Source: Candidatus Latescibacterota bacterium
GTDB taxonomy: Bacteria > Latescibacterota > UBA2968 > GCA-2709665
Assembly (NCBI GenBank): GCA_965203805.1
Contig: OZ241917.1
Span: 2,528,001 to 2,592,000, forward strand
Reading direction: 5' to 3'
DNA: 64,000 nucleotides
Below, one piece after another: positions 1 through 10,113 of this stretch. Position numbers and translations under genes: made by a program. The notes beneath the pieces are model-generated. The model saw only the letters and a list, made by a program, of their open reading frames with translations, was not told the origin of the DNA and did no database searches. Position 1 is the stretch's first letter. Every line of letters starts with the position of its first letter.

Positions 1-800
1 CCGCCGGCGAGGTCGGACGCGCGATCGCCGTCGGTATCCCCGGTGTTCTCGAACACCCACTCGGTGATCACGAAATCGTCGTATTCCGGGTGGTTCCACG
101 CAAAGGCCGCCTTCTCACCCGTAATGCCCAGCCCGGTGGTCCACTTGCTCAGAACGATGTCTTCAGGAAAATTGTCGGTGGAAACGTCGTTGTACTGGCC
201 GATGCGGTAATTCAGGATTTCCCTGGGTTCCAGCGCATCCAGCTCCACCCCGGTGCCGGGCCACCAGTTGGCCATCGATCGCCCCGAATTGGGGCTGACC
301 ACGTCGCTGCCCAGCCCCGCGTACTTGCCCCTGAAGTCCACGCTGGGATCCACCGCCATCGCCACGACGTCTTCGCTTTCTTCCATCGCCGATATGAGGG
401 GGTTGGCCCAGCTCACCGCGGCCTCGCCGTTCACTTTGGTGGCGATCCACCATCCGTGGCCGCGGCCGTTGTGCGACGTCAGATCCACGTGCATGCTCCC
501 GGCGCTGCGCTGTTCCCCGTAGTAGGCGGAAAAATCGTTCGTTCCGCCGCCCCCCCAGCTGATCAGCGCAAACCCCGGATAGGCCAGATCCAGATAGAGG
601 CCGGCATAGTTCCCTTCCACCGGCCGAGCCCCCTCGGCGCCCGTGCTGAGAAAGCTGTGCCAGAGGGTGCCGCGCGCGAGGTGCCGGGGCGTCAGGGATT
701 CACCGGCCAGGTTGGAGATGGTCGCCCGCTGGGCCTCGGCCGGACGCCAGAACGCGCCTGCGATCAGGAGTGCGCCTGTAATGATGTATATGCGTCTCAT
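1..800 (-). CDS. Secreted/surface protein downstream of TonB-dependent receptor (runs off window edge)
   Basis: Hand translation from ATG at 800 (minus): MRRIYIITGALLIAGAFWRPAEAQRATISNLAGES..., signal peptide; GGGGAG RBS; same strand as the TBDR; missing from ORF track, presumably because no stop lies in the window. Confidence 0.75.
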   Translation of the reverse strand, partial: MRRIYIITGALLIAGAFWRPAEAQRATISNLAGESLTPRHLARGTLWHSFLSTGAEGARPVEGNYAGLYLDLAYPGFALISWGGGGTNDFSAYYGEQRSAGSMHVDLTSHNGRGHGWWIATKVNGEAAVSWANPLISAMEESEDVVAMAVDPSVDFRGKYAGLGSDVVSPNSGRSMANWWPGTGVELDALEPREILNYRIGQYNDVSTDNFPEDIVLSKWTTGLGITGEKAAFAWNHPEYDDFVITEWVFENTGDTDGDRASDLAG

Positions 801-861
801 TGATTTTCTCCCCGCCTGATTGCGCCGGGGCAACCGCGCCGCCCCGGCGTCAGATACATAC

Positions 862-3800
862 CTAGAAACCGATCCGCACGCCCATATTCACGTACCTCGG
901 CGTTCCGCCGCGCCTGAAGTTGGAGTCGCCGTATTTCAGGTAATTCGTGTCGTTTGGTGTGGGCTTCTTCAGGCCCCAGCGGACGTAATTGGAGCCGGAG
1001 GATGGGTCGTAAAACGTGTTGAACAGGTTAAACACCTCGGCGTAGATCGTGGGAGTGGTTGCCCCGATACGGAACGACTTCTGGATATTGAAGTCCGTCC
1101 GCACGAAAACGGGCCGGTTGCGGGCGGTCTGCACACTCGTGCCCGGCAGGGTGATCTGGAACTGCCGCCCGTTGTCCAGCCGCCAGACGACGTTGGCCTG
1201 GATGCCGCCCAGGATCTTTGCGCCGCCAATGGGTTCTCCGGGGCCCCAGTCCATCGGCGTGGACCACAGGAACTGGAAGGAAGCGTTCGTGGTCGGGGGC
1301 TGCCCGCGGAAGGCATCGACCTGGCGCCAGACGTCCTCGAACCAGAGGTTCTGCATCTCCTGCTTCTCCGATTCGCTCAGGCCGGGATATTCATGCCAGG
1401 GGCGTATCGCATCGATTCGGTTTGTTCCCCACGACCCGACGAACGTGGTCCCGTCTGCATGCTTTTTCCGGATCACCTCGTTCGCCCTGTGGCCGATCGA
1501 CCGGATTTCTTCGTCGGTCAGCCGCACGATTTCGTCGTTTGCATCAACCATAAAGTACTTCGAACTGGCAATGTAATTGGAGTCCGGGTACGTATTGATG
1601 ACAAGCTGGGAGCCGCCCGACCAGTTGAACAGCGCCCAACTCACGTCGAGCCCCACCCTGAAGGAGAAATTGTGAGAAAAGGCCTTGGTGAAGCCCATCT
1701 CGATTCCCTTGGTCTCAAGGCGGGCGTTGGGACCCCTGTGGCCGACGTAGGTAAGGGTCTGCACCGGGTCCCGGAAATAATGTACGCCCCCGGAACCCAC
1801 ACGCTCGGTCCGGCGGTAGTAGGTGGAAAGCTCCATCACAAAGTCGCTGACGAAGTTCCACTCCCCGGTCACCTCGAACTCGGCGGTATTCGGCAGCCCG
1901 CCCGGATTCTGGTATCCGCCGTCCAGACGCCACTGCCCGCCCCCGATCCAGTTCAGATCGTACCAGACGTCATCCAGTTCGGGGTGGTTCTCCGCGTCGG
2001 ACGTGGTCCAGGGCTCCAGCCACAGCAGCGAAAACTGCGGGGGTTTGTAGTACACACCGTATGAGTACCGCACGGTGGACCGATCCGTGATCGGGTGGGA
2101 CAGGCCGATACGCGGCGACAGGCTCGTCATCGGCCGGGTCTTCGCCAGCGGCACCCGCCCCGTGCGCCAGGCCTTGTAGGTCCTCCAGCCCGGCAATGTC
2201 TTCATGAAACCGGACAACGTCCGCTCGGGCCCGCCCCAGAAGCTGTCGAAGCGCAGGCCGGCGTGCAGCACCAGTCCCTGGAATTCCAGCTTCTCGTCCA
2301 CGTAGGCCGCCAGCCGGTTTACCGTATACCGCTTGCCCGGCTCGCTGTTCCCTGCCATGATCTTTATCGTGGCGTTGGTCGCGCTGGACCGGTTGTAGTC
2401 CCAGTTGAGGTTGTTCATGTTCTGAAAAACGAAACCGGCCTTGAACAGGTTCCGCCGGGTCAGCTGCCCGGTGAAGTCATAGCGGAAGTTGTACCGTTGA
2501 TTGTCTTCCACCACGATGCGCCGGCGGTCCCGGTCTATATTGAACTGGCCAAGCTTGTCTCTTCGCCAGGACGTCGTCGTGGCGTCGACGTCTTCGCCCG
2601 GATCGGTCTTCGTACCGTAGTAACCCACCTGGAACTCGTGGAACATCCGGGGGTTGATGCTCTGCGTGCCCGTTACGTAGAAGATCCGGTTGACCCGGTT
2701 CTGCTGGTACCCCGTCGTTCCGTTGAGAAGGAAGAGGTTGCCCCCGACCGAACGGTTGGCGTCGCCGAAGAAGGTGGGTTCGTTGGACTGGTTGAAGCCC
2801 ACCTTGACCTTGAGGTTGGGCGACGGAGTAAAGCTGATTTTCCCGAAGATGCTGTGCTGGCGCAGCCCCGTCAGCGTGGGCGCGGGCAGGTTGATTTTGG
2901 CGCGGCTGGTCCTCCCGCTCACTACGAACGTGGCGTTATCGCCGAGCGGTCCGGTGACCCAGCCTTCCACGAGGTGCCCGACGGAACTCTCGTAGTCCTG
3001 CTTGACGTGGATCAGCTGTCCTGTGTCCGGATCTTTCTCGTTCACCCATTCGGAGTTGTTCCACTGCAGCCTGTCGCGCCAGTACCCGTTCGCCCCGCCC
3101 CGCTGCCCCGGCGTGGCGTCGTACACGTTGGGACCGCGGTGCCGCTTGCCGGGCAATTCCACCCGGAGGTCGAGGCCGCCGCGGTAGATCCGCGTGCCCT
3201 CCCTGCTGATGATGTTCACCACGCCCGCCGGCGACGAGGCCTGCGAGGCGTCCGCGCCGCCCCTGACCAGCCCCATTTCACCGACGGCGGTTACCGGCAG
3301 GTTCGTATACTGCCGGACACCCGTCTGCTGCGACGTGTCCAGATTCATCAACTCGATGCCGTCGAACGTCCAGGTCTGCGCGGCGCGCATCGAATAATAG
3401 CTCATATGCCGGATGCGGACGCCGTTGCCGGGACTGTCGTTCACGTTCGTGCCCACGGCGTACTGCAGGTGTTCTTTGACGCCCCTGATGATGGGTACCT
3501 GTTCGATTTCCTGCGAGGAGATCTTCGTCTCGCTGGAGGTCCGGTCCACCTCCACGAGGGGCCGCTCCGCCCTGACCACAATCTCCGCGGCTTCCAGCGC
3601 CGATTCCCGGAGCGTGAAATCGGACACGGTTGTCAAGCCGGCGGCCACCCTGACACGCTCCCGCACCACCGCTTCGTAACCGACCATCGATGCCTTCAGA
3701 GTATAGAACCCGGGCTCGACACCGATGATGGCGTAATACCCGTCGCTGTCGGACGTCGCTCCGAAACGCGTCCCGTCGACCACCACGTTGGCTCCCGGCA

Positions 3801-3924
3801 GGGCGCCGCCGTCGGCATCGGTCACCTGTCCGGCAATCTTGCCGTAGAAGGTCTGGGTCCGCGCCGGCCCGACAAGCAGGCATAACGCCGCAATTGTGCC
3901 CAAAACCATAAATCCACGCTTCAT
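862..3924 (-). CDS. TonB-dependent receptor with N-terminal carboxypeptidase-regulatory-like domain
   Basis: Signal peptide, GKIAGQVTD..LPGANVVV N-domain, plug motif GVVNIISREG, LSPRIGLSHPIT, C-terminal PRYVNMGVRIGF. Confidence 0.9.
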   Translation of the reverse strand: MKRGFMVLGTIAALCLLVGPARTQTFYGKIAGQVTDADGGALPGANVVVDGTRFGATSDSDGYYAIIGVEPGFYTLKASMVGYEAVVRERVRVAAGLTTVSDFTLRESALEAAEIVVRAERPLVEVDRTSSETKISSQEIEQVPIIRGVKEHLQYAVGTNVNDSPGNGVRIRHMSYYSMRAAQTWTFDGIELMNLDTSQQTGVRQYTNLPVTAVGEMGLVRGGADASQASSPAGVVNIISREGTRIYRGGLDLRVELPGKRHRGPNVYDATPGQRGGANGYWRDRLQWNNSEWVNEKDPDTGQLIHVKQDYESSVGHLVEGWVTGPLGDNATFVVSGRTSRAKINLPAPTLTGLRQHSIFGKISFTPSPNLKVKVGFNQSNEPTFFGDANRSVGGNLFLLNGTTGYQQNRVNRIFYVTGTQSINPRMFHEFQVGYYGTKTDPGEDVDATTTSWRRDKLGQFNIDRDRRRIVVEDNQRYNFRYDFTGQLTRRNLFKAGFVFQNMNNLNWDYNRSSATNATIKIMAGNSEPGKRYTVNRLAAYVDEKLEFQGLVLHAGLRFDSFWGGPERTLSGFMKTLPGWRTYKAWRTGRVPLAKTRPMTSLSPRIGLSHPITDRSTVRYSYGVYYKPPQFSLLWLEPWTTSDAENHPELDDVWYDLNWIGGGQWRLDGGYQNPGGLPNTAEFEVTGEWNFVSDFVMELSTYYRRTERVGSGGVHYFRDPVQTLTYVGHRGPNARLETKGIEMGFTKAFSHNFSFRVGLDVSWALFNWSGGSQLVINTYPDSNYIASSKYFMVDANDEIVRLTDEEIRSIGHRANEVIRKKHADGTTFVGSWGTNRIDAIRPWHEYPGLSESEKQEMQNLWFEDVWRQVDAFRGQPPTTNASFQFLWSTPMDWGPGEPIGGAKILGGIQANVVWRLDNGRQFQITLPGTSVQTARNRPVFVRTDFNIQKSFRIGATTPTIYAEVFNLFNTFYDPSSGSNYVRWGLKKPTPNDTNYLKYGDSNFRRGGTPRYVNMGVRIGF

Positions 3925-4139
3925 ACGCCAACTCCTTGGCTGAAGTACCTTTCTACCATCCCGCCGGCCAACGCCCGTTCACCTGCGCTGACGGATCGGA
4001 AATGTGGATTGAAAACTCAGTGTGCGCTTTCACCGCCGAAGTACTCTCGCTCTGTGATCCTTGCCATAGGCAGGCCTCCACGTCGATGAACCGGTTAAAA
4101 TGGAATCAGGGAGTTTCGATAAGGCGTCCGGTGACGAAA

Positions 4140-4805
4140 TCATCCGGCGGCGCCGAAGTCTCCGGCGAACGCGATAAAGTCGTGAAAATCCACGGCGCCG
4201 TTTGCATTCAGGTCGAATATCGGATTGAATTCAACGTCACCCCGGCTCGCGCCGAATGCCGCGGCAAAGCTCGAGAAGTCCGCAAAGTCAACCTTGCCGT
4301 CCGCGTTGAAGTCCGACCTGAGGCGCGAAACCACCGGAACGCTGCCGAAGATGCCGGGGTTGCTGAGAGAAAGCAGCCGGCCGGGCGCCGGGTCCCCCGG
4401 ACGCCAGGCGCCCGCCGGATCCCCGAGTTCCATTCCGTTCGTGAATCCGTCCCGGTCCGAGTCCAACTGCGCGAGGCTCGGCCCCCACACCACGTTTCCG
4501 GAATAACCCGCCTCGGACAGGAACCCCTTGCGGACGGTCACGCCGAAGGCATTCAGCGGGCCGCCTCCGCCGGTATACGCGTGGCAACTGGCGCAGATCT
4601 CGTCGCCTTCGTTGGTCGCTTCATGCGTCGATTCCGAGAGGGGTATGTCCAGCCTGGTGGTCGTCCGACCCCGGTCGACGTGGCAGGTGCGGCAGCGGGC
4701 CGCGTTGGCGTTGGGGACCTGAAACACCCGTTTCGGCCGCGACTCCGCTCCCCAGCACACCGCGAGGACGACGATCAGAACAACCGCTGAGGTCCGGGTG
4801 TTCAT
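4140..4805 (-). CDS. Secreted protein with two CxxCH motifs, temptin-like segment and EF-hand/dockerin-like tail
   Basis: CRTCH and CASCH; GGGPLNAFG; LDSDRDGFTNGMELGDP; DFNADGKVDFADF and DLNANGAVDFHDF loops. Confidence 0.7.
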   Translation of the reverse strand: MNTRTSAVVLIVVLAVCWGAESRPKRVFQVPNANAARCRTCHVDRGRTTTRLDIPLSESTHEATNEGDEICASCHAYTGGGGPLNAFGVTVRKGFLSEAGYSGNVVWGPSLAQLDSDRDGFTNGMELGDPAGAWRPGDPAPGRLLSLSNPGIFGSVPVVSRLRSDFNADGKVDFADFSSFAAAFGASRGDVEFNPIFDLNANGAVDFHDFIAFAGDFGAAG

Positions 4806-5549
4806 TTAACGCATGAAATACTTGATTCCGACCATCAGGTTGAAACTGAAAATCGGAAACGTCTTCTTCAGGTCCCAGTCTTCGTAGGGCCGCAATTCGC
4901 CCATCGATACGTTCCAGCGGACCCTGAAGTCCACGAGGAACTGATCGGAGGTGCGGCGGTAGAACCCCAGCCCCGTGTTGATCGACAGCGCCACGTCCTC
5001 GTCCACCGTGGTTTCCACCATGCCCTGCGCATCCGTCCGGATCTGTTCGCCCACCTGCCCCGGCCAGATCAGACCCGACACTTCGTGGGTATACCTCAGG
5101 AACCCGATGCCGGCGGCAATGTATGGAACGCTCTGCCCGGTCCGGTCGGGCTTGAATGAACGCAAACCGTTGACCACGATGCCGCCGATCCACATATTCG
5201 CCTGGGCGCCGGGACTCTTCACCAGGGAACCGCTCGCGGACCCCAGTCCGTTGTGCCAGGTGAACTGGCGGTCGGAGAGACCGGCGTCCGAAAGCGGCGA
5301 GTACGTGACTTCGACTTCCGTCATCGTTCGGTCGGACACCTGGTACGTGAGTTGTCCGATGAAAGCCGGCGAGATATTGTACCACCCCTTGAGCGGCCCG
5401 GCCGGGCGCAACATGGACCCGTGTACGCCGAGCGCATAGCGCAATTCCTGCGCCTCTGTCTTCGCCGTGGGCATCAGGCCGAATCCGAAAACCAGAGATA
5501 CGCCCAGGACCGCGCTGAGCGACATCCTGAATCTCCCGGTTGCTCTCAT
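4806..5549 (-). CDS. Outer-membrane beta-barrel protein (OmpA-like 8-strand)
   Basis: Signal peptide, alternating beta pattern, PYIAAGIG motif, C-terminal VGIKYF; start uncertain. Confidence 0.7.
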   Translation of the reverse strand: MRATGRFRMSLSAVLGVSLVFGFGLMPTAKTEAQELRYALGVHGSMLRPAGPLKGWYNISPAFIGQLTYQVSDRTMTEVEVTYSPLSDAGLSDRQFTWHNGLGSASGSLVKSPGAQANMWIGGIVVNGLRSFKPDRTGQSVPYIAAGIGFLRYTHEVSGLIWPGQVGEQIRTDAQGMVETTVDEDVALSINTGLGFYRRTSDQFLVDFRVRWNVSMGELRPYEDWDLKKTFPIFSFNLMVGIKYFMR

Positions 5550-5817
5550 AACAGCGAACCTCCTTTCCCACTGCGGCAATGAAAGTACCGTTCTGACTGC
5601 GCAATCGAGGGAAGCATCGGCCATTGCAGACCGGCCGGCGGAATTCGAAAATGCGCGAATTTATACCTCCCCGAATATTGAATATAACTCCGCCTAAACA
5701 CGAATCCAAGAGAAAAATTCGTTGCACGAAGTACGGTCCGTCACGTCTTTTTCGGTTGCGCGCGTCCCGTGCGCGAAAGTATCTTCTGCTTCCGCGAACG
5801 CGGGTCTACCCGACGGA

Positions 5818-7572
5818 ATGAACCCCCTCAACAGGATGGTCCCGATGGATCGGCCTGGAAGGCGCGCGAGGAAGGTCGCCTTCTTCCTGGCGCCCCTCTT
5901 CGCAGCCTGGCTGGCGACCGGCAGCTCAGACGCCGCGACCGGGATATCGCCTGAAGCGCGCGACGCGCTCGAGGCGGGTCTGGCCCACGCGGGCGCCGGG
6001 CGGATGGGAGAAGCTTCACGGGCATTGGCCCGGGCGGCGGAACTGGCGCCGGAATCGGCGGAGGTGTGGCACAACTTCGGCATCCTGAGCGCGCAGATGG
6101 GCCGGCTGGACGACGCCGCGGAAATGCTGCAGCGCGCGGCCCGTCTGGAGCCCGATTACCGGGACACCCACATTGTCCTGGGCGCCGTGTACCAGCGAAT
6201 GGGCCGATTGACAATGGCCGAACGCGCATATCGGCGCGCCGCGGAGCTGGCGCCAACCCTGCCGGACGCGCACCGCGCCCTGGGACTCCTCGCCGTGGCC
6301 CGGAACGACCTTCCGGCGGCCGCCGCGGCGTTCAGACGCGCCGCGGACCTGGTTCCACGTAACGCCGAGCTTCAATACAGGCTTGGCGCGGTCGAGTTGA
6401 AGCGGGGCAACGGCGGGATCGGGGAGGCAGCCCTGAAACGCGCGGTATCGCTGGACCCCAAACTCGTGCCGGCCTGGCTGGAACTGGCGGCTCACTACAA
6501 ACGCCTGCTCTACCTGGACAGGGCGCTGGAAGCGTTTCGCCGCGCGGTTGCCCTCGACCCCGCCTCTTCGACCGCATGGCAGGGGCTGGGCGACGTTGAA
6601 GCCGCCACGGGCAATGCCTCGCGCGCCGCCGACGCCTTCCGGAGAGCTGAAGCGGCAGACCCTTCGAACCAGGACGCGTCCTTTCTGCTGGGCAGGGCGC
6701 TGTTGCTTCTGGGAAAGACCCGGGAGGCCGTTCCGGCGCTTCAGCGGGCGATCCGTCTGGCGCCTGATTTCCCGGATGCGCGTTCGGCCCTTGCAGAGGC
6801 ATTCGCGGCTATGGGGGAGGATCGAAAGGCAGTCGAGGCGTACCGCGAGGCCCTGCGGTACGCGCCGGCGCACCCGAGCGCCAATTTCGGCCTTGGCGAC
6901 GTGTTGCTCAAGCTCGGCCGCCCGGCCGAATCCGAGGCGGCGTTCCGACGCGCCATTGCTCTCAACCCGGATCATGCCAGGGCCCGTTACGGCCTGGGGC
7001 GCGCCTGCATGCTTCAGGGGCGGACTGATGAAGGAAGACGGGAACTGGAGGAATTCGAGCGGCTGTCGAGAGAAGGGCAGAAACTGGACGTGCTGGAACG
7101 GGCGGCGATACGCAACCCTGAAGACCCCGGACTGCACGATCGCCTCGGGCGGATCTACGCCGCTCGTGGTCGCACGAGGGAAGCCGTCGCCGCATTCGGC
7201 CGGGCCGTGGATCGGGACAGCACGTTCATCGGCGCGCAGGTCGGGTTGGCCGCGGCTGCCGCGGAAACCGGCGACCTGGGTTCCGCCGAGCGGGCGCTGA
7301 AACGGGTCGTGCGGCTGTCCCCGTCGCCGCGCTACTTCCTCGCGCTGGGCGCGGTACACGAACGCCAGCGGCGCTGGCGGGAGGCGACGGCCGCGTTCGA
7401 GCAGGCGATTCGACGGGACGCAACCCTCGTCGCGGCGTACAGGTCGCTGGCCGCGCTCTACGAAAGATCCGGACGGACCGACGCGGCGAGGCGCGCGCTG
7501 AAGCGCGTCCTGGCGCTCGACGCGTCGGACGCGGACGCCATCGCGAACCTCTCCCGCCTCGAAAAGAAGTGA
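5818..7572 (+). CDS. Tetratricopeptide repeat protein
   Basis: Many TPR units (e.g. AEVWHNFGILSAQMGRLDDAAEMLQRAARLEP) after a hydrophobic N-terminal segment; start uncertain. Confidence 0.9.
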   Translation: MNPLNRMVPMDRPGRRARKVAFFLAPLFAAWLATGSSDAATGISPEARDALEAGLAHAGAGRMGEASRALARAAELAPESAEVWHNFGILSAQMGRLDDAAEMLQRAARLEPDYRDTHIVLGAVYQRMGRLTMAERAYRRAAELAPTLPDAHRALGLLAVARNDLPAAAAAFRRAADLVPRNAELQYRLGAVELKRGNGGIGEAALKRAVSLDPKLVPAWLELAAHYKRLLYLDRALEAFRRAVALDPASSTAWQGLGDVEAATGNASRAADAFRRAEAADPSNQDASFLLGRALLLLGKTREAVPALQRAIRLAPDFPDARSALAEAFAAMGEDRKAVEAYREALRYAPAHPSANFGLGDVLLKLGRPAESEAAFRRAIALNPDHARARYGLGRACMLQGRTDEGRRELEEFERLSREGQKLDVLERAAIRNPEDPGLHDRLGRIYAARGRTREAVAAFGRAVDRDSTFIGAQVGLAAAAAETGDLGSAERALKRVVRLSPSPRYFLALGAVHERQRRWREATAAFEQAIRRDATLVAAYRSLAALYERSGRTDAARRALKRVLALDASDADAIANLSRLEKK

Positions 7573-7603
7573 TCGGCGCTGCCGGTTCCGGGATCGACCC
7601 CGG

Positions 7604-8881
7604 TCATCCCGCGGGCGGCGTTAGCCGGCCGTAGAAGACCTCGTTGCTGTTCTGCTCGGAAGGCCCCGTCCAGTAGCAGTCCACGAAGGGCGCATGGGTC
7701 CCGCCCGCGCGGGTCGTATTGGTAAAAAAGTGCCACAACCGCGAGGGCATTTCCAGCTGTACCGGCTTGCTGATCCGGTCCCACGAGCCGTCTTCGCCCG
7801 TCGCGTACCAGACCCCCTCCGCGTTGCTTCTGCCCCCGCGGGTCAGGAAATAGTGGAACCGGCCGTCCGGCGCCTGGTAGACCCGACCCCCGTTGAAGTT
7901 GCCCATACAGAAGTGTTCAAACGGCCCGCCCGGATCTCCCACCGCGTGGTAGAGCCGGCTGTTTCCCGGGTCCTGCCCCCGCCCCGCCCAGACGGTGGCG
8001 GCCGGCTGCCGGTTTTCGTAATACGTCAGGTGTACCCGTCCCTTCATATCCATCATCAGGTCCTGGTGATCGGTCGTGCCCCTGGCGCGCCCGTCGAACG
8101 TATCGGACACGTCGCTGATAACGGTCATTCGCCAGTCATCCGGCGCGCCGAACACGTCCGGACAATAGTAATAGTAGGCCTTCAGGACGGGGTAGATGCC
8201 GCGGGGCGTGTCGACCGTGTTCACCTTTCCGGTATCGGGGTCCCTGAGTTTAATCGTCTGGTTGGGAAACTGTTCGCCCGCGAGGAAATAATCGTCGCTG
8301 GAAATCGAGTGCGCCTTGGCGCCGTTGAGGATGACGAAGTTGTACCCGCGGTTCCGTTCATGTTCCACGCTGCCCGAGGCCATCGGGCGGTAGTCGTTTT
8401 CGGGGTCGAGTACATACCACGCCATCGTTGGAAGCCCGCCGGCCACGAAGATCCGGCCGGCGGCGTCGATCGACGCGCCGAAACGGCTGTCGGCCGTCGC
8501 GTATTCCTGTATGGTGAACCTGTCAACCTGCCCGGGCGGGTCGAAGATGGCGTGGTAACTGGCGTTCGCGCCCGCGATCACGTGCAGCCGCCCCGCGCCG
8601 TCCACGAGCAGGTTGCCGTTCTGCGGTACCGGAGGCAAGGGCTCGCTTGCCTCCCACCGCCCGTCGCCGGCGCGCCGGAAGACCACCAGAGTCATATCGT
8701 CCCGCCAGCTCAGCGCGTAGACGTCCTCGCCCGCGCGGACGATATTGGACTGGTTGTATCCCCAGCAACTCGCGCCGCTTCCTCCGGTCTGCAGGTGTCC
8801 CGCCGTGTCCGTAATCATCTCCACGTCGAAACGCGGCGACGCCGGTTGCGCATAGGTCACATCGACCCGTTCCGGTTTCAT
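7604..8881 (-). CDS. Hypothetical beta-propeller/BNR-like protein
   Basis: 425-aa ORF overlapping the oppF stop (ATGA); repeated D-x-x-G-R-x-H strand motifs. Confidence 0.6.
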   Translation of the reverse strand: MKPERVDVTYAQPASPRFDVEMITDTAGHLQTGGSGASCWGYNQSNIVRAGEDVYALSWRDDMTLVVFRRAGDGRWEASEPLPPVPQNGNLLVDGAGRLHVIAGANASYHAIFDPPGQVDRFTIQEYATADSRFGASIDAAGRIFVAGGLPTMAWYVLDPENDYRPMASGSVEHERNRGYNFVILNGAKAHSISSDDYFLAGEQFPNQTIKLRDPDTGKVNTVDTPRGIYPVLKAYYYYCPDVFGAPDDWRMTVISDVSDTFDGRARGTTDHQDLMMDMKGRVHLTYYENRQPAATVWAGRGQDPGNSRLYHAVGDPGGPFEHFCMGNFNGGRVYQAPDGRFHYFLTRGGRSNAEGVWYATGEDGSWDRISKPVQLEMPSRLWHFFTNTTRAGGTHAPFVDCYWTGPSEQNSNEVFYGRLTPPAG

Positions 8882-9840
8882 CCGATTCCTCCTTCAGTGA
8901 GAAAACACGCGGCCCGATGGCCCGGCCCGACCCGCGTCAGTTGCGGCGTCTCCTGGCTGCACCGGTCCATGCGATAAGGGCACCGCGGATGGAAAGCACA
9001 GCCCGTCGGGGGATCGATGGGGCTCGGTACCTCCCCCTCCAGGATGATCCGCTCCGATTGTGCATCCGGGTCGAGACGCGGCGCCGACGACAGCAGAATC
9101 TGCGTGTACGGATGGCGCGGCCGCCCGTACAGCGCTTCGGTCGGCCCCACCTCCACCAGCTTCCCCAGGTACATGACGCCCACGATATCCGACAGGTGCT
9201 CGACGACTTTCAGATCGTGAGAAATGAACAGGTACGCCAGCCCGAAGCGTTCCTGCAGGGATTCCAGGAGGTTCAGAATCTGCGCCTGGATGGACAGATC
9301 CAGCGAGGAGACCGGCTCGTCGCAGATCACGAATTGCGGTCTCAGCGCCAGCGCGCGGGCGATCGCGACGCGCTGCTGCTGCCCGCCGGAGAACTCGTGC
9401 GGAAACGCGTCGGCGAACCGCCGCCCCACGCCGACCAGGTCCAGCAGCCGGCCCACCTCTTCCTCCCGTTCGCGCTTTGTGCCCACCCTGTGTATCTTCA
9501 GCGCGTCACCCACGATCGCGCCCACGCTCATCATCGGGTTCAGGGACGACAGCGGATCCTGAAAGACAATCTGCATCTTCCGCCGAAGCGCGCGCAGCTC
9601 CCGTCCGGAGAGCGAGCCCACGTCTCGTCCCTCGAAAACCACCCGACCCGCCGTGGGCTCGTACAGCCGGAGGACCGCACGTGCGAGGGTCGATTTGCCG
9701 CTGCCGCTTTCTCCAACCAGGCCGAAGGTCTGGTTCCGGTGGATCTGAAACGTCACGCCGTCCACGGCCTTCACCACGTCCCTGCCCTGGTCGAAATGCA
9801 TCTTCAGGTCCGCAACCCGCAATAGCGGTTCCGGCATCAT
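8878..9840 (-). CDS. oppF: Oligopeptide/dipeptide ABC transporter ATP-binding subunit
   Basis: GESGSGKST, FSGGQQQR, ICDEPVSSLD, HPYT and GCAFHPRCP; start MMPEPLL after GGAGG. Confidence 0.9.
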   Translation of the reverse strand: MMPEPLLRVADLKMHFDQGRDVVKAVDGVTFQIHRNQTFGLVGESGSGKSTLARAVLRLYEPTAGRVVFEGRDVGSLSGRELRALRRKMQIVFQDPLSSLNPMMSVGAIVGDALKIHRVGTKREREEEVGRLLDLVGVGRRFADAFPHEFSGGQQQRVAIARALALRPQFVICDEPVSSLDLSIQAQILNLLESLQERFGLAYLFISHDLKVVEHLSDIVGVMYLGKLVEVGPTEALYGRPRHPYTQILLSSAPRLDPDAQSERIILEGEVPSPIDPPTGCAFHPRCPYRMDRCSQETPQLTRVGPGHRAACFLTEGGIG

Positions 9841-10113
9841 CCCGCCTCCGGATGCGTCGTCGTTCGGTTTTCTGGATCGCGAAAAGGGTTTGAAACCCAA
9901 GAACATGCAACATATATTGGATCGGCAATGTCGCATTCGTCCCGGCATTCCCGCCATTCGCAGACCGGCGAACCTGTGCGAAACCGCCGTCCCGTCGAAA
10001 AGTAGGCCAGGGTAACCCCGGATGCAAGCACAATCAGGGCATGCGAATCGTGGGGCGGCCCGGAGAGATGCGTCTGCGTACAAACAGTAGATCGATACTG
10101 AAAGGATCGTCCT

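Noticed and set aside
90-3885. Long plus-strand ORFs (237, 414 and 596 aa)
   Set aside because: Antisense shadows of GC-rich minus-strand genes with no motifs; the same applies to 6016-7359, 7694-8977, 14081-15706 and 15890-17884
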